Origin: Geobacter metallireducens GS-15
Lineage (GTDB): Bacteria; Desulfobacterota; Desulfuromonadia; Geobacterales; Geobacteraceae
NCBI RefSeq assembly: GCF_000012925.1
Contig: NC_007517.1
Span: 2,310,001-2,342,000, forward strand
Reading direction: 5' to 3'
Length of the DNA stretch: 32,000 nt
In this document: piece after piece, positions 8,631 to 18,261 of the stretch
Numbering within the stretch: position 1 is the first letter of the stretch
How the letters are laid out: every line of letters starts with the position of its first letter
The notes under the pieces: generated by a model
The model's input: the letters and a program-made list of their open reading frames with translations, nothing else
Databases searched by the model: none
Told to the model about the DNA's origin: nothing
Program-made: the position numbers and the translations under genes

Positions 8631-9731
8631 ATGAAGACTCTTACCGTGCAGAGCCAGAAGGGGATGAGCTCCGATCACCTGAATGAATCGGATCGTGAGT
8701 TGAGCATGGGGACATACTCCGGCGAAGCATTCCTCACAAACTCCACCGTAGTGGTCAACGATACGGATTCCATGGACAAGCCCGCCTCCGCCCTGGTTGT
8801 GCGACGGGAAGGAATCAGGTCATTCGCCCATGCCCCCATCACGGTCGAAGGGAAACCCGTGGGTATTCTGTCGGCCTTCTCAAAGTCGATGAAGGGGATC
8901 TTCACCGACGAGTTCGTTGAACTCTTCACCAATCTGGCGGGACAGATCGGGATAGCGCTTCGCAACGCCCTCCAGGCCGAGAAGCTGATCCAGGCGAAGG
9001 AGCATGAAAAGGAGATGCAGATCGCCCGGACTATCCAGATGGGGCTCCTGCCGACGCGGGCGCCGGAAGTGGCGGGAATATCACTGGCGGGAACGTGTGT
9101 CCCGGCCAGGGAGGTGGGGGGAGATTACTACGATTTCCTGGTACGCGGCGCCAGGGGTCTCGATCTGGTCATCGCCGACGTATCGGGTCACAACGTCGGT
9201 GCTGCCCTCCTCATGGCGGAAGTGCGCACCATCATCCAGGCAGAGGCGAAGATCGTCCGGGGTCCCGGCGAGATACTGTGCGTCCTCAACGACTTTCTCT
9301 ACGAAGACCTCACCCGTGCCGAACTCTTCATCACCATGTTCTACCTGAACTACGATGCCGGGACGCGGCTGCTCTCCTTCGCCAGCGCCGGCCACAACCC
9401 GCCGATACTCAGGAGGTCCGGATCACGGGCCTGTGAGTACCTCGACGCGGAGGGCCTCATTCTCGGCATCAAGAGGAACGTCACGTTTGAGGAAAAACAG
9501 GTGCGGCTGGAGCCGGGAGATCTCCTCCTGCTCTACACCGATGGCATCACCGAGGCGGCAAATCCCGCCGGCGAATTATTCGGCGAGGACCGGCTATGCT
9601 CCCTTATTGCCGAGTATCACGCACTCCATCCCCAGCAGATTATCGACAATCTCCTCGCCCAGGTCAGATCGTTCGCCGCAAACCAGAACCTGACCGACGA
9701 TGTCTCGCTGGTCGTTCTGAAGGCACTCTAA
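8631..9731 (+). CDS. GAF domain plus PP2C/SpoIIE-type serine phosphatase (RsbU-like). The true N-terminus probably lies upstream, with the frame open from 8448
   Basis: GAF-like region ...GEAFLTNSTVVVND...PITVEGKPVGILSAF. PP2C/SpoIIE motifs: ARTIQMGLLP, REVGGDYYDF, VIADVSGHNVGAALLMA, LYTDGITEA and DDVSLVVLK. GAF homology continues upstream of the first ATG as GDLKTILDSILELLQQQFKFDTCVIRILDEE, starting at 8538. Confidence 0.8.
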   Translation: MKTLTVQSQKGMSSDHLNESDRELSMGTYSGEAFLTNSTVVVNDTDSMDKPASALVVRREGIRSFAHAPITVEGKPVGILSAFSKSMKGIFTDEFVELFTNLAGQIGIALRNALQAEKLIQAKEHEKEMQIARTIQMGLLPTRAPEVAGISLAGTCVPAREVGGDYYDFLVRGARGLDLVIADVSGHNVGAALLMAEVRTIIQAEAKIVRGPGEILCVLNDFLYEDLTRAELFITMFYLNYDAGTRLLSFASAGHNPPILRRSGSRACEYLDAEGLILGIKRNVTFEEKQVRLEPGDLLLLYTDGITEAANPAGELFGEDRLCSLIAEYHALHPQQIIDNLLAQVRSFAANQNLTDDVSLVVLKAL

Positions 9732-10672
9732 GAGGCCGTGGCGGGAATGACACCCTGATCGCAGAGCACCTGATAGGCGAGGATCCGACTCCGCATGTCG
9801 TCAGGAAAGGGGATCGCCTTGATGGAGCCGGTTTCCTCCGAGATGTAACAGGCCGACATCCCGACCTGAAAACAGGGCTCACCCCGGTCATCATACCCGA
9901 CGACTTCATAACCAATGCTCGATTTCCCCAACCGCGGAATCCCGACCGTCATGGTGATTACCTGGCCGGGGACAAGGGGGGCCAGCCGCTCGCACCAGAC
10001 CTCCCGGAAAGGGGCTCCCCTCAGGCGGATGCACTGCTCCCGCCAGGAAATGCCCAGGGTCTCCCGGTACCACTCACCCACCGCCTCAACGGCGTAGTTG
10101 AAGAGTCGCGGAGCGTAAACGGTGCCGGAAAGCGTGCAATCCCCATAGACCACGCGACGCCGGACGGTAAAGTGGACCCCATCGGACTGCAATCGGGAGA
10201 GGAACGGTTCGCCGCCAACCCTTTGAGCGACAGTACCCGACTTCCCGTCTGCCTGCTCCAGACAGTCCTCCATCCGCTCGCGGTAACGGGGCGGAATCGG
10301 AACCGGTGCGCGATTCCGCCCCGCTCTGAATTGCGCCACGAGAGTTGCCCGAAAAAAGACGCCGCCGGAGTCGTCCTCTCCGGCGGCGCTGAAAGTCACT
10401 GACGAGCGGTCGACAGCGGTCGCCCTTACCCGCACATGCACTGTCTGGTCGGCAATCACCGGCCGGAAGTACTCGCACCCCATCCGCACGAACGTCACAT
10501 CGAGATCGTGCCTCAGGAACAGATCCGCCCAGGAGACGCCCAACACATCCCCGAACCAGGCTTCCACTGCCTCCACCGCGTAATCGACAGCCCGCGGCGT
10601 GAAGTAGATGCGGGCGGAGTCGCAGTCTCCAAAATCGACTTTTCTCCGATAGGTAAACAGTGTCCCGGACAC
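9728..10672 (-). CDS. Tandem (double) hotdog-fold 4HBT/YbgC-type acyl-CoA thioesterase
   Basis: Two internal repeats carry the thioesterase signature: FTYRRKVDFGDCDSARIYFTPRAVDYAVEAVEAWF and FTVRRRVVYGDCTLSGTVYAPRLFNYAVEAVGEWY. GTG 10672 has a GGGGAG RBS 5-6 nt upstream. The track start, TTG 10702, would overlap the IclR stop. Confidence 0.75.
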   Translation of the reverse strand: MSGTLFTYRRKVDFGDCDSARIYFTPRAVDYAVEAVEAWFGDVLGVSWADLFLRHDLDVTFVRMGCEYFRPVIADQTVHVRVRATAVDRSSVTFSAAGEDDSGGVFFRATLVAQFRAGRNRAPVPIPPRYRERMEDCLEQADGKSGTVAQRVGGEPFLSRLQSDGVHFTVRRRVVYGDCTLSGTVYAPRLFNYAVEAVGEWYRETLGISWREQCIRLRGAPFREVWCERLAPLVPGQVITMTVGIPRLGKSSIGYEVVGYDDRGEPCFQVGMSACYISEETGSIKAIPFPDDMRSRILAYQVLCDQGVIPATAS

Positions 10673-10695
10673 GCGCGTCTCCCCATGAACCCGCT

Positions 10696-11475
10696 TCAGC
10701 AATACCCGAGCTGGCTGGAAATTTCCTCAGCCCCTTTTTTCGCGAGGGGGATGAGCACCCCGTTGATCAGATCATCGCTGAACCGCGTGATGGGGCCGGG
10801 AAGGACAATCGCCCCGATGACGTTGGAGCTGTAATCGCGCACCGGAGTCGCGACACAGGTGACTCCCACTTCCAGCTCTTCCCGACCGATGGCATACCCG
10901 TGTTCTTTTATCTGGAGGAGGTGCTCCTTGAAGCTTGCGGGGTCAATGATTGTGTACGGCGTGTTCCGCTCGAGCTTATGGACGGTGAGCAGTTTTGCCA
11001 CCTTGTCCTCCGGCAGGTGCGCCAGCTGTACCTTGCCGGCCGCCGTGCAATGGGCGGGAAGCCTCATGCCGATGGGGGGTACGACCCGCACCGGCTGGCT
11101 GCACTCCACCGCATCGAGGCAGACAATGGAAAAATCCCTCAGGACCGTCAGGCAGACCGTCTCGTTGCATTCCCTGACCATGGCCTCCAAAGTGGGTCGT
11201 GCGCGGTTGACAAGCCTCATCTGCCGTGAAACCATCCGGCTCAGGTGAAAGGCCTTGAGGCCGAGCCGGTAGCTGCCGGTAGAGGTGTTATGCTCGATGA
11301 ATCTCCTGGATTCGAGGGTGGCCAGGAGCCGGAACACGTTGTTCTTGGGAAGGTTGAGGCGCCTCCCCAGCTCGCTCAGGCTGAGTTCGCTGGCATCGCC
11401 CCGGAACTGCTCCAGCAGCTCGAAAGCATGGTCCACCGATTTTATCAACGGCACCGTTTTGTTTTTTGTCTTCAT
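10696..11475 (-). CDS. IclR-family transcriptional regulator
   Basis: N-terminal wHTH (SVDHAFELLEQF...LSLSELGRRLNLPKNNVFRLLATLESRRFIE) plus a C-terminal IclR effector domain. 259 aa. A GGAGGGA RBS is present. Confidence 0.9.
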   Translation of the reverse strand: MKTKNKTVPLIKSVDHAFELLEQFRGDASELSLSELGRRLNLPKNNVFRLLATLESRRFIEHNTSTGSYRLGLKAFHLSRMVSRQMRLVNRARPTLEAMVRECNETVCLTVLRDFSIVCLDAVECSQPVRVVPPIGMRLPAHCTAAGKVQLAHLPEDKVAKLLTVHKLERNTPYTIIDPASFKEHLLQIKEHGYAIGREELEVGVTCVATPVRDYSSNVIGAIVLPGPITRFSDDLINGVLIPLAKKGAEEISSQLGYC

Positions 11476-11517
11476 GGGTCGTGTTCCCTCCGGCTGTCAG
11501 GAACAGTACAACAAAGC

Positions 11518-11542
11518 AATCCCCCGGCAGTGCCGGGGGATT
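11518..11542 (-). terminator. Stem-loop terminator after the Fe-S oxidoreductase gene
   Basis: A 10-bp perfect stem, AATCCCCCGG/CCGGGGGATT, with a 5-nt loop. It starts 5 nt after the TAA stop (11549-11547). GCTTTGTTGT follows on the transcribed strand. Confidence 0.55.
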
Positions 11543-11546
11543 CCCC

Positions 11547-13523
11547 TTACGCCATGGCCTCGGCCATCACCTCGGCGATGTCCTTCACCCGCACCTGCTC
11601 AGCCCCTTCGTCCTTGAGACCGTCCTCCATCATGGTCATGCAGTAGGGACAGCTGACGCAGAGGGTGTCGGGCTGCTGCTTGAGGGCCTCTTTCACCCGT
11701 TCCAGGTTGATCCGGCTCCCGATCTGCTCCTCCATCCACATGCGGCCGCCGCCGGCGCCGCAGCAGAAGCCGTTCTCCTGGTTGCGCTCGAACTCGGCCG
11801 GGGCCTTGCCGGTGGCCGCCTTGATGACAGACCGGGGCGCCTCGTAGGTGTCATTGTGCCGTCCCAGGTAGCAGGAGTCATGGAAAACAATCTTCCCCTG
11901 ATCGGCCTGTTTGGGGAGCTTGAGCTTCCCCTGCTCCACGAGCTTTGCGATCAGCTCGCTGTGGTGGAGCACCTCCACCTCCAGCCCGTACTGCCTGTAA
12001 TCGTTCTTGAGGGTGCTGAAGCAGTGGGGGCACTGGGTGACGATCCGGGTAACACCCCGCTCCTTGAAGAGGGCCACGTTCTCTTTGGCCATCTTGTCGA
12101 AGACGAACTCGTTCCCCAGGCGCCGCACGCTGTCGCCGCAGCACTGCTCTTCACGCCCCAGGATTCCCCAGGAAACCCCGGCCTTGTCCAGGATCGTGGC
12201 CAGGGCCACGGTGACGTGCTTGGCGCGGCTATCGAAGGAGCCGGCGCACCCCGCAAAGAAGAGATAGTCAGTCTCCCCGGCCTTGAAGGGACGCTCGCCC
12301 AGATGCGTGGCCCACTTCCCCCGGTCCGACGGGGCGATCCCCCAGGGGTTGCTCCGCTGCTCCATGTTCTCGAAGAGGTTCAGGAGTTCCTCAGGGAACC
12401 GGGCCTTCTCCTGGACCAGGTGGCGGCGCATCTTGATGATCTTCGGCATCTGCTCGATGAGGACCGGGCAGACGCTCGTGCAGGCGCCGCAGGTGGTGCA
12501 GGACCAGAGGGCATCCTCGTGATTGGACCCTTCACCCTGGGGACCGATCAGGGGGACAATGCCCCGGTCGCCATGCTTCAAAGCCGCCCCGTTATCCATG
12601 AGGTTCACCTTGATGTCATGGACGATACGGCGCGGGTTCAGGGGCTTGCCGGTGTTGTGGGCCGGGCAGAGGTCCTGGCAGCGGCCGCATTCGGTGCAGG
12701 AGAGGCTGTCGAGGAGGTCCTTCCACGAGAACTGCTCCACCGTGCTCACCCCAAAGCGATTACCCACCTTGAATTCTTCCCGGGGCTGGACATTGGGCTT
12801 GTCCAGGCTCCGGAAATAGCAGTTGGGTATGGCGGTGAGGATGTGCATGTGCTTACTGCGGGGGAGTAGGTTCATGAAGAGGAGGAGCACGACGGCGTGG
12901 ACCCACCACGATATGGTGGCGATGCTCTCCAGGGGATTTCCGGAAAATCCGTCCAGGAGGCTGGCTATGGCGGACGATACGGGCTTCCAGCCCGCCGGCT
13001 GCCCCATGGCGATCTGGGCGGCGTTGAGGAGGAAGAAGGCAATCATCAGCGTGGCGATCATGGCCAGGATAAGGAGGGCCTCGCCGCTCCTGGGCGAGGT
13101 ATAGTCGTTCCCCAGGTACGCGGGAGGAAAGAGGACCCGCCGCACAAAGGCGATTGCCACGCTGACCAGGGCCACAAGCGACACGATGTCAAAGACGAAC
13201 TCAAGGGCGTGGTGAAGCGGCGCCGGCAGTGCCGTCAGGCTGAAGCTCGGGAAGAGCCCCTCCAGGAGAAACGCCCCGTTGGCCACCAGCAGGAGCATGA
13301 ACGCCCAAAAGAGGAAGAAGTGGTTGAAACCGTAGGGACGTGCCAGGACCCGCTTCTGGCCGAAGGCATAGGAGAACATCCCAGCCAGCCGCTCAGCCGG
13401 GTTGTCGAAGCGGTTCTCGGAAGCGCCGACGGCGACCAGCTGCAGGCGCTGGTAGCAGCTGAAGCAGAAAGTCGCGACGGCCACGACGAAGAGCGGAATG
13501 AAGAGCGAGTGGTTGATTGCCAT
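11547..13523 (-). CDS. Membrane-anchored Fe-S oxidoreductase (HdrD/GlpC-like with CCG domains). ETF:menaquinone oxidoreductase-type, paralog 1
   Basis: N-terminal ~5-6 TM helices. Two ferredoxin motifs, CTECGRCQDLCP and CTTCGACTSVCP. Two CCG-type Cys-rich repeats (...CCGDS...CPHC..., ...CCGAGGG...CPYC...). Start at ATG 13523 (MAINHS) with a GAGGTG RBS. Lies directly downstream of etfBA. Confidence 0.85.
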   Translation of the reverse strand: MAINHSLFIPLFVVAVATFCFSCYQRLQLVAVGASENRFDNPAERLAGMFSYAFGQKRVLARPYGFNHFFLFWAFMLLLVANGAFLLEGLFPSFSLTALPAPLHHALEFVFDIVSLVALVSVAIAFVRRVLFPPAYLGNDYTSPRSGEALLILAMIATLMIAFFLLNAAQIAMGQPAGWKPVSSAIASLLDGFSGNPLESIATISWWVHAVVLLLFMNLLPRSKHMHILTAIPNCYFRSLDKPNVQPREEFKVGNRFGVSTVEQFSWKDLLDSLSCTECGRCQDLCPAHNTGKPLNPRRIVHDIKVNLMDNGAALKHGDRGIVPLIGPQGEGSNHEDALWSCTTCGACTSVCPVLIEQMPKIIKMRRHLVQEKARFPEELLNLFENMEQRSNPWGIAPSDRGKWATHLGERPFKAGETDYLFFAGCAGSFDSRAKHVTVALATILDKAGVSWGILGREEQCCGDSVRRLGNEFVFDKMAKENVALFKERGVTRIVTQCPHCFSTLKNDYRQYGLEVEVLHHSELIAKLVEQGKLKLPKQADQGKIVFHDSCYLGRHNDTYEAPRSVIKAATGKAPAEFERNQENGFCCGAGGGRMWMEEQIGSRINLERVKEALKQQPDTLCVSCPYCMTMMEDGLKDEGAEQVRVKDIAEVMAEAMA

Positions 13524-13562
13524 GATACACCTCACAAACGATATTGCGATGACGGCGAAGGA

Positions 13563-14915
13563 TCAGACCGCGACCCGGTCGGGAATGACACCGCCGCGCT
13601 GGCCTTTCAGACTTCTCACCTTGCGGATGATTGAAGGAACGATCTGGAAGAGATCGCCGACAATGCCGTAGGTGGCCACCTGGAAGATAGGGGCCTCGGG
13701 ATCGCGGTTGATGGCGATGACGACGTCGGAGTCCTGCATCCCCACCAGGTGCTGGATCGCCCCGGAGATGCCGCAGGCGACGTAGATCTTGGGACGGACG
13801 GTCTTGCCGGTCTGGCCCACCTGGCGGCTGTGGGGCATCCAGCCGGCGTCAACGGCACTACGCGAAGCGCCGACCACCCCGCCCAGCTCGTCGGCCAGTT
13901 CCTGGAGCATGGCGAAGTTCTCTTTGTTCATGAGACCCCGCCCCCCGGAGACGATGATCTCGGCGCCGGCGATGTCGATGTCCTTGCCACCCTTGTCGCT
14001 CAAGACCTCGATCACCTTGACCAGCACATCCTCCTCGCGGAGGTCGTACTGCTCGCGCACCACTTCCCCGGTTCGCCCCACCTGGAATTCAGGCATGGGC
14101 ATGACGTGGGGACGGACCGTGGACATCTGGGGCCGGAACCGGTCGCACATGATGGTGGCCATGATGTTGCCGCCGAAAGCGGGGCGGGTCTGCATGAGGT
14201 TGCGCTTGTCGTCAATGCCGAGACCCGTGCAGTCGGCGGTGAGGCCGGTCTTTACGATCGTCGCCACGGCGCCTGCCAGGTCGCGCCCCTGGCCAGTGGC
14301 CCCCATGAGGATGATCTCGGGCCGGTGCTTGCTGATCAGGTGGCAGATGGCGTCGGTGTACGGCTTGGTCCGGTAGTTGGCGAACACGGGGGCATCGAGG
14401 GTGATGGCCTTGTGGGCGCCGTAGCCGAACGCTTCGTCACAGAGGTGTTCAACCTTGTGGCCGATGATCACCGCGGAGAGTTCCACCCCGAGGCTTTTGG
14501 CCAGTTCCGCGCCGGTTCCCAGAAGTTCCCAGGAGACCTTGGCGGCCTCGCCGTCGTACTGCTCAATGAAGACCCAGACACCCCGATAGCGGGCGAGCAT
14601 CTCCCGAAGCTGCTTTTCCCCTTCGTCAACCTCTTCCTCGACGGTATGGTGCTGCTGGTCCCACTGCTTCAGCAATTCCAGTTCCTCGGGGGTGTAAAAC
14701 ATCTCCAGGGCACCGGCAGCGCAGACCTTGACGCACTTGGCGCAGCCGATGCACTTCTCCCCAAGTACCGTCGGCTCACCGGCGGCATTCATCTCGATGC
14801 CGTCCACCGGACAGGAACTCTCGCACCGGGCACCGCAGGCAATGCATTTCCCGTCGAGAACGCGGGCCTTGCCGCGGGGCTTCTTGATTGTTTTTTTCGT
14901 TTCAGTCATCGTCAT
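13563..14915 (-). CDS. etfA: Electron transfer flavoprotein alpha subunit with an N-terminal 2x[4Fe-4S] ferredoxin domain
   Basis: N-terminus has [13 protein letters not shown] and [11 protein letters not shown]. The C-terminal EtfA FAD-binding signature reads [20 protein letters not shown]...[25 protein letters not shown] precedes ATG 14915 (MTMTETKK). Confidence 0.9.
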   Translation of the reverse strand: MTMTETKKTIKKPRGKARVLDGKCIACGARCESSCPVDGIEMNAAGEPTVLGEKCIGCAKCVKVCAAGALEMFYTPEELELLKQWDQQHHTVEEEVDEGEKQLREMLARYRGVWVFIEQYDGEAAKVSWELLGTGAELAKSLGVELSAVIIGHKVEHLCDEAFGYGAHKAITLDAPVFANYRTKPYTDAICHLISKHRPEIILMGATGQGRDLAGAVATIVKTGLTADCTGLGIDDKRNLMQTRPAFGGNIMATIMCDRFRPQMSTVRPHVMPMPEFQVGRTGEVVREQYDLREEDVLVKVIEVLSDKGGKDIDIAGAEIIVSGGRGLMNKENFAMLQELADELGGVVGASRSAVDAGWMPHSRQVGQTGKTVRPKIYVACGISGAIQHLVGMQDSDVVIAINRDPEAPIFQVATYGIVGDLFQIVPSIIRKVRSLKGQRGGVIPDRVAV

Positions 14916-14929
14916 TCCCCCTTCACATC

Positions 14930-15742
14930 TCACACTGCCAAGAGATCCTTGCTGAGCAGCTTGTCGATCAGGAGGTTGGCCGTCCCCTCCGGATCACCGA
15001 CACCGTCGCCGATGATCTCCCCCTTGTCCCGCTCCGGGGAGAAGATCTTGCTGACCCAGGTGGGGGAACCCTTCAGGCCCACCGTTTCCACGTCGAGCTT
15101 GAGGACCGAGTTGTCCCAGACCTTGACCTCGGTCTCCTGGGCCGCCAGGCGCATCGGCACCGTTGGATAGCGGGGACGGTTCAGTTCCCGGACAACGGTA
15201 ATTACCACGGGCAAAGGAGCCTCGACGATCTCATGCCGCCCTTCAAGCTTGCGCCGCACCCGGATCACATTGCGCTTCAGATCAAGGAACTCGATCCGGT
15301 CCACCAGGGTGAGCTGGGTGTACCCGAGGCGCGTGGCAATGCCGGGTCCCACCTGGGCGGTATCGCCGTCGATGGTCTGCTTGCCGCAGAAGACGATCCC
15401 CACCGCTTCCTCGGCTCCCAGCTTCTCGATGGCCGCCGAGAGAACGTTGCTGGTAGAGAGGGTGTCGGCCCCGCCGAACGCGCGGTCGGAGAGAAGAATC
15501 GCCTCGTCGACGCCAAGGGCGCAGGCTTTGCGCAGGGTCGCCTCGGTGTTCGGGGGCCCCATGGAGATGGCCACCGACCGCAGGCCGTAGCGGTCCTTGA
15601 GATTCAACCCCTCCTCCAGGGCATGGGTGTCGTAGGGGTTGACGATGAAGGGGATCCCTTCCCGGACCAGAGTGTTGGTCACCGGGTCGATCTTAACCTG
15701 GGTGGTGTCGGGCACCTGTTTGATGCAGGAGATCACGAGCAT
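14930..15742 (-). CDS. etfB: Electron transfer flavoprotein beta subunit
   Basis: MLVISCIKQVPDTTQVKIDP...NPYDTHALEEGLNLK is a typical EtfB N-terminus. 270 aa. AAGGAGA RBS. Confidence 0.9.
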   Translation of the reverse strand: MLVISCIKQVPDTTQVKIDPVTNTLVREGIPFIVNPYDTHALEEGLNLKDRYGLRSVAISMGPPNTEATLRKACALGVDEAILLSDRAFGGADTLSTSNVLSAAIEKLGAEEAVGIVFCGKQTIDGDTAQVGPGIATRLGYTQLTLVDRIEFLDLKRNVIRVRRKLEGRHEIVEAPLPVVITVVRELNRPRYPTVPMRLAAQETEVKVWDNSVLKLDVETVGLKGSPTWVSKIFSPERDKGEIIGDGVGDPEGTANLLIDKLLSKDLLAV

Positions 15743-15787
15743 AGAACTTCTCCTTGGGGTTTATTGAACCTGGATCCGGCATGTATG

Positions 15788-15855
15788 ACACTGAGCAACG
15801 GAGCAACAGAGAAATCGATAAAATTATGCTTGGATTTTGCTCAGTTGCTCAGTGT
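15788..15855. repeat. REP-like palindromic intergenic element, copy A (intact, unoccupied IS target)
   Basis: Arms ACACTGAGCAACGGAGCAA (15788-15806) and TTGCTCAGTTGCTCAGTGT (15837-15855) are complementary, 19 bp with 1 mismatch, around a 30-nt loop. It lies between the sucD stop and the etfB start. A second copy lies at 21970-22047 plus 23208-23217. Confidence 0.7.
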
Positions 15856-15873
15856 TTCAAATGCATCTGCCGG

Positions 15874-16764
15874 TTAAACCGCTATTTTAAGCCCGTCGGG
15901 CTTGTACACCTTCAAAAGCGCCTTGGCCATGTCGGCGGGGCTTTGGGCAACGCTGATACCGCACTCCTCAAGGATGGCGACCTTTTCCGTGGCCGTCCCC
16001 TTGCCGCCGGCGATGATGGCGCCGGCATGCCCCATCCGCTTGCCCGGAGGGGCGGTCATCCCGGCAATGTAGGCTGCCACCGGCTTGGTCATGTACTCCT
16101 TCACGAAGCGGGCGCCTTCTTCCTCGGAATTGCCGCCGATTTCGCCGATCATGATGACCGCCTCGGTGTCCGGGTCCTCCTCGAACATCCGGAGCACGTC
16201 CACGTGGTTGGTGCCGTTCACCGGGTCACCCCCGATGCCGACGCAGGTGGACTGGCCGAGACCCACGTTGGTGAGCTGCCAGACCGCTTCGTAGGTAAGG
16301 GTGCCGGAGCGGGAGACGACCCCCACCTTCCCCGGCTTGTGGATGTAGCCGGGCATGATGCCGATCTTGCACTCACCCGGGGTGATGACGCCGGGGCAGT
16401 TGGGGCCCACCAGGCGGGTCTTTTTCCCCTGCATATACTGCTTCACTTTCACCATGTCGAGGACTGGGATTCCCTCGGTGATGCAGATGGCGAGCTCGAT
16501 GCCGGCGTCGACCGCCTCCATGATGGCGTCGGCCGCAAAGGGGGGCGGCACGTAGATTACCGAGGCGGTGGCGCCGGTCTGGTTCACCGCATCCCGAACC
16601 GTGTCGTAGACGGGAAAGCCGTCGACGACCGTCCCCCCCTTGCCGGGGGTAACGCCGCCGACCATCTGGGTGCCGTACTCGCGGGCCCCCTGGGCATGAA
16701 AGAGGCCGGTGGCGCCGAGTCCCTGGGTGATGACTTTCGTGTCTTTATTGATAAGGATGCTCAT
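15874..16764 (-). CDS. sucD: Succinyl-CoA synthetase alpha subunit
   Basis: [17 protein letters not shown]..., SRSGTLTYE and GHAGAII (phosphohistidine loop). The start at ATG 16764 lies 13 nt after the sucC stop. Confidence 0.92.
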   Translation of the reverse strand: MSILINKDTKVITQGLGATGLFHAQGAREYGTQMVGGVTPGKGGTVVDGFPVYDTVRDAVNQTGATASVIYVPPPFAADAIMEAVDAGIELAICITEGIPVLDMVKVKQYMQGKKTRLVGPNCPGVITPGECKIGIMPGYIHKPGKVGVVSRSGTLTYEAVWQLTNVGLGQSTCVGIGGDPVNGTNHVDVLRMFEEDPDTEAVIMIGEIGGNSEEEGARFVKEYMTKPVAAYIAGMTAPPGKRMGHAGAIIAGGKGTATEKVAILEECGISVAQSPADMAKALLKVYKPDGLKIAV

Positions 16765-16777
16765 CTCTCTCCCCTCC

Positions 16778-17941
<1,164 letters not shown>

Positions 17942-17999
17942 CCTATTCCTCCCGCGAGTCAGTTTTTTAATTCCCGTATCGCAGCACCAATTTAGCAAT

Positions 18000-18028
18000 A
18001 CGGTACTTCAATACCGATTTAATGGCAA
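18000..18028 (-). promoter_or_regulatory. Shared promoter/operator module, copy P2 (head of the sucCD-etfBA-Fe-S oxidoreductase operon)
   Basis: The minus strand reads aaatttttgc TTGCCA ttaaatcggtattgaag TACCGT. It contains a perfect CGGTA-N6-TACCG inverted repeat (18001-18016). Confidence 0.4.
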
Positions 18029-18130
18029 GCAAAAATTTCTCTTTTCATGGCGGCATATGGAAGTGACCATCGGTGCAGCAGCGTGCGATATTTGTTCTAT
18101 TGCATCGATAGCCATGTTTGGTAATGGCAG

Positions 18131-18175
18131 AGGAGCTGCTTGCCCCGCCCAATCGGGGTACGGCAAGCAGCTCCT
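18131..18175. other. Long perfect stem-loop (14-bp stem) in the inter-operon gap
   Basis: AGGAGCTGCTTGCC (18131-18144) pairs perfectly with GGCAAGCAGCTCCT (18162-18175). The loop is 17 nt. No flanking U-tract on either strand. Confidence 0.4.
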
Positions 18176-18220
18176 GTTCATCAGGGTTTGAATTCATGAC
18201 ATTCTCCCCGGAGCAACTCT

Positions 18221-18257
18221 TGAGGCACCTGCAAACAGTAGCTTTGCAGGTGCCTCA
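18221..18257 (-). terminator. 15-bp perfect hairpin directly 3' of the Fe-S oxidoreductase paralog 2 gene. Member of the GAGGCACNTGCAAA hairpin family
   Basis: TGAGGCACCTGCAAA (18221-18235) pairs with TTTGCAGGTGCCTCA (18243-18257) around a 7-nt loop. It starts 4 nt after the stop codon (18264-18262). No U-tract follows, so it may be an RNA 3'-end or stability element rather than a canonical intrinsic terminator. Confidence 0.45.
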
Positions 18258-18261
18258 TTTC

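Noticed and set aside
18131-18175. The 14-bp perfect hairpin as a canonical intrinsic terminator.
   Set aside because: No U-tract is present on either strand. It is kept as a generic stem-loop feature. It may work together with the neighbouring 18221-18257 hairpin as an RNA-end structure, but that is not demonstrable from sequence.
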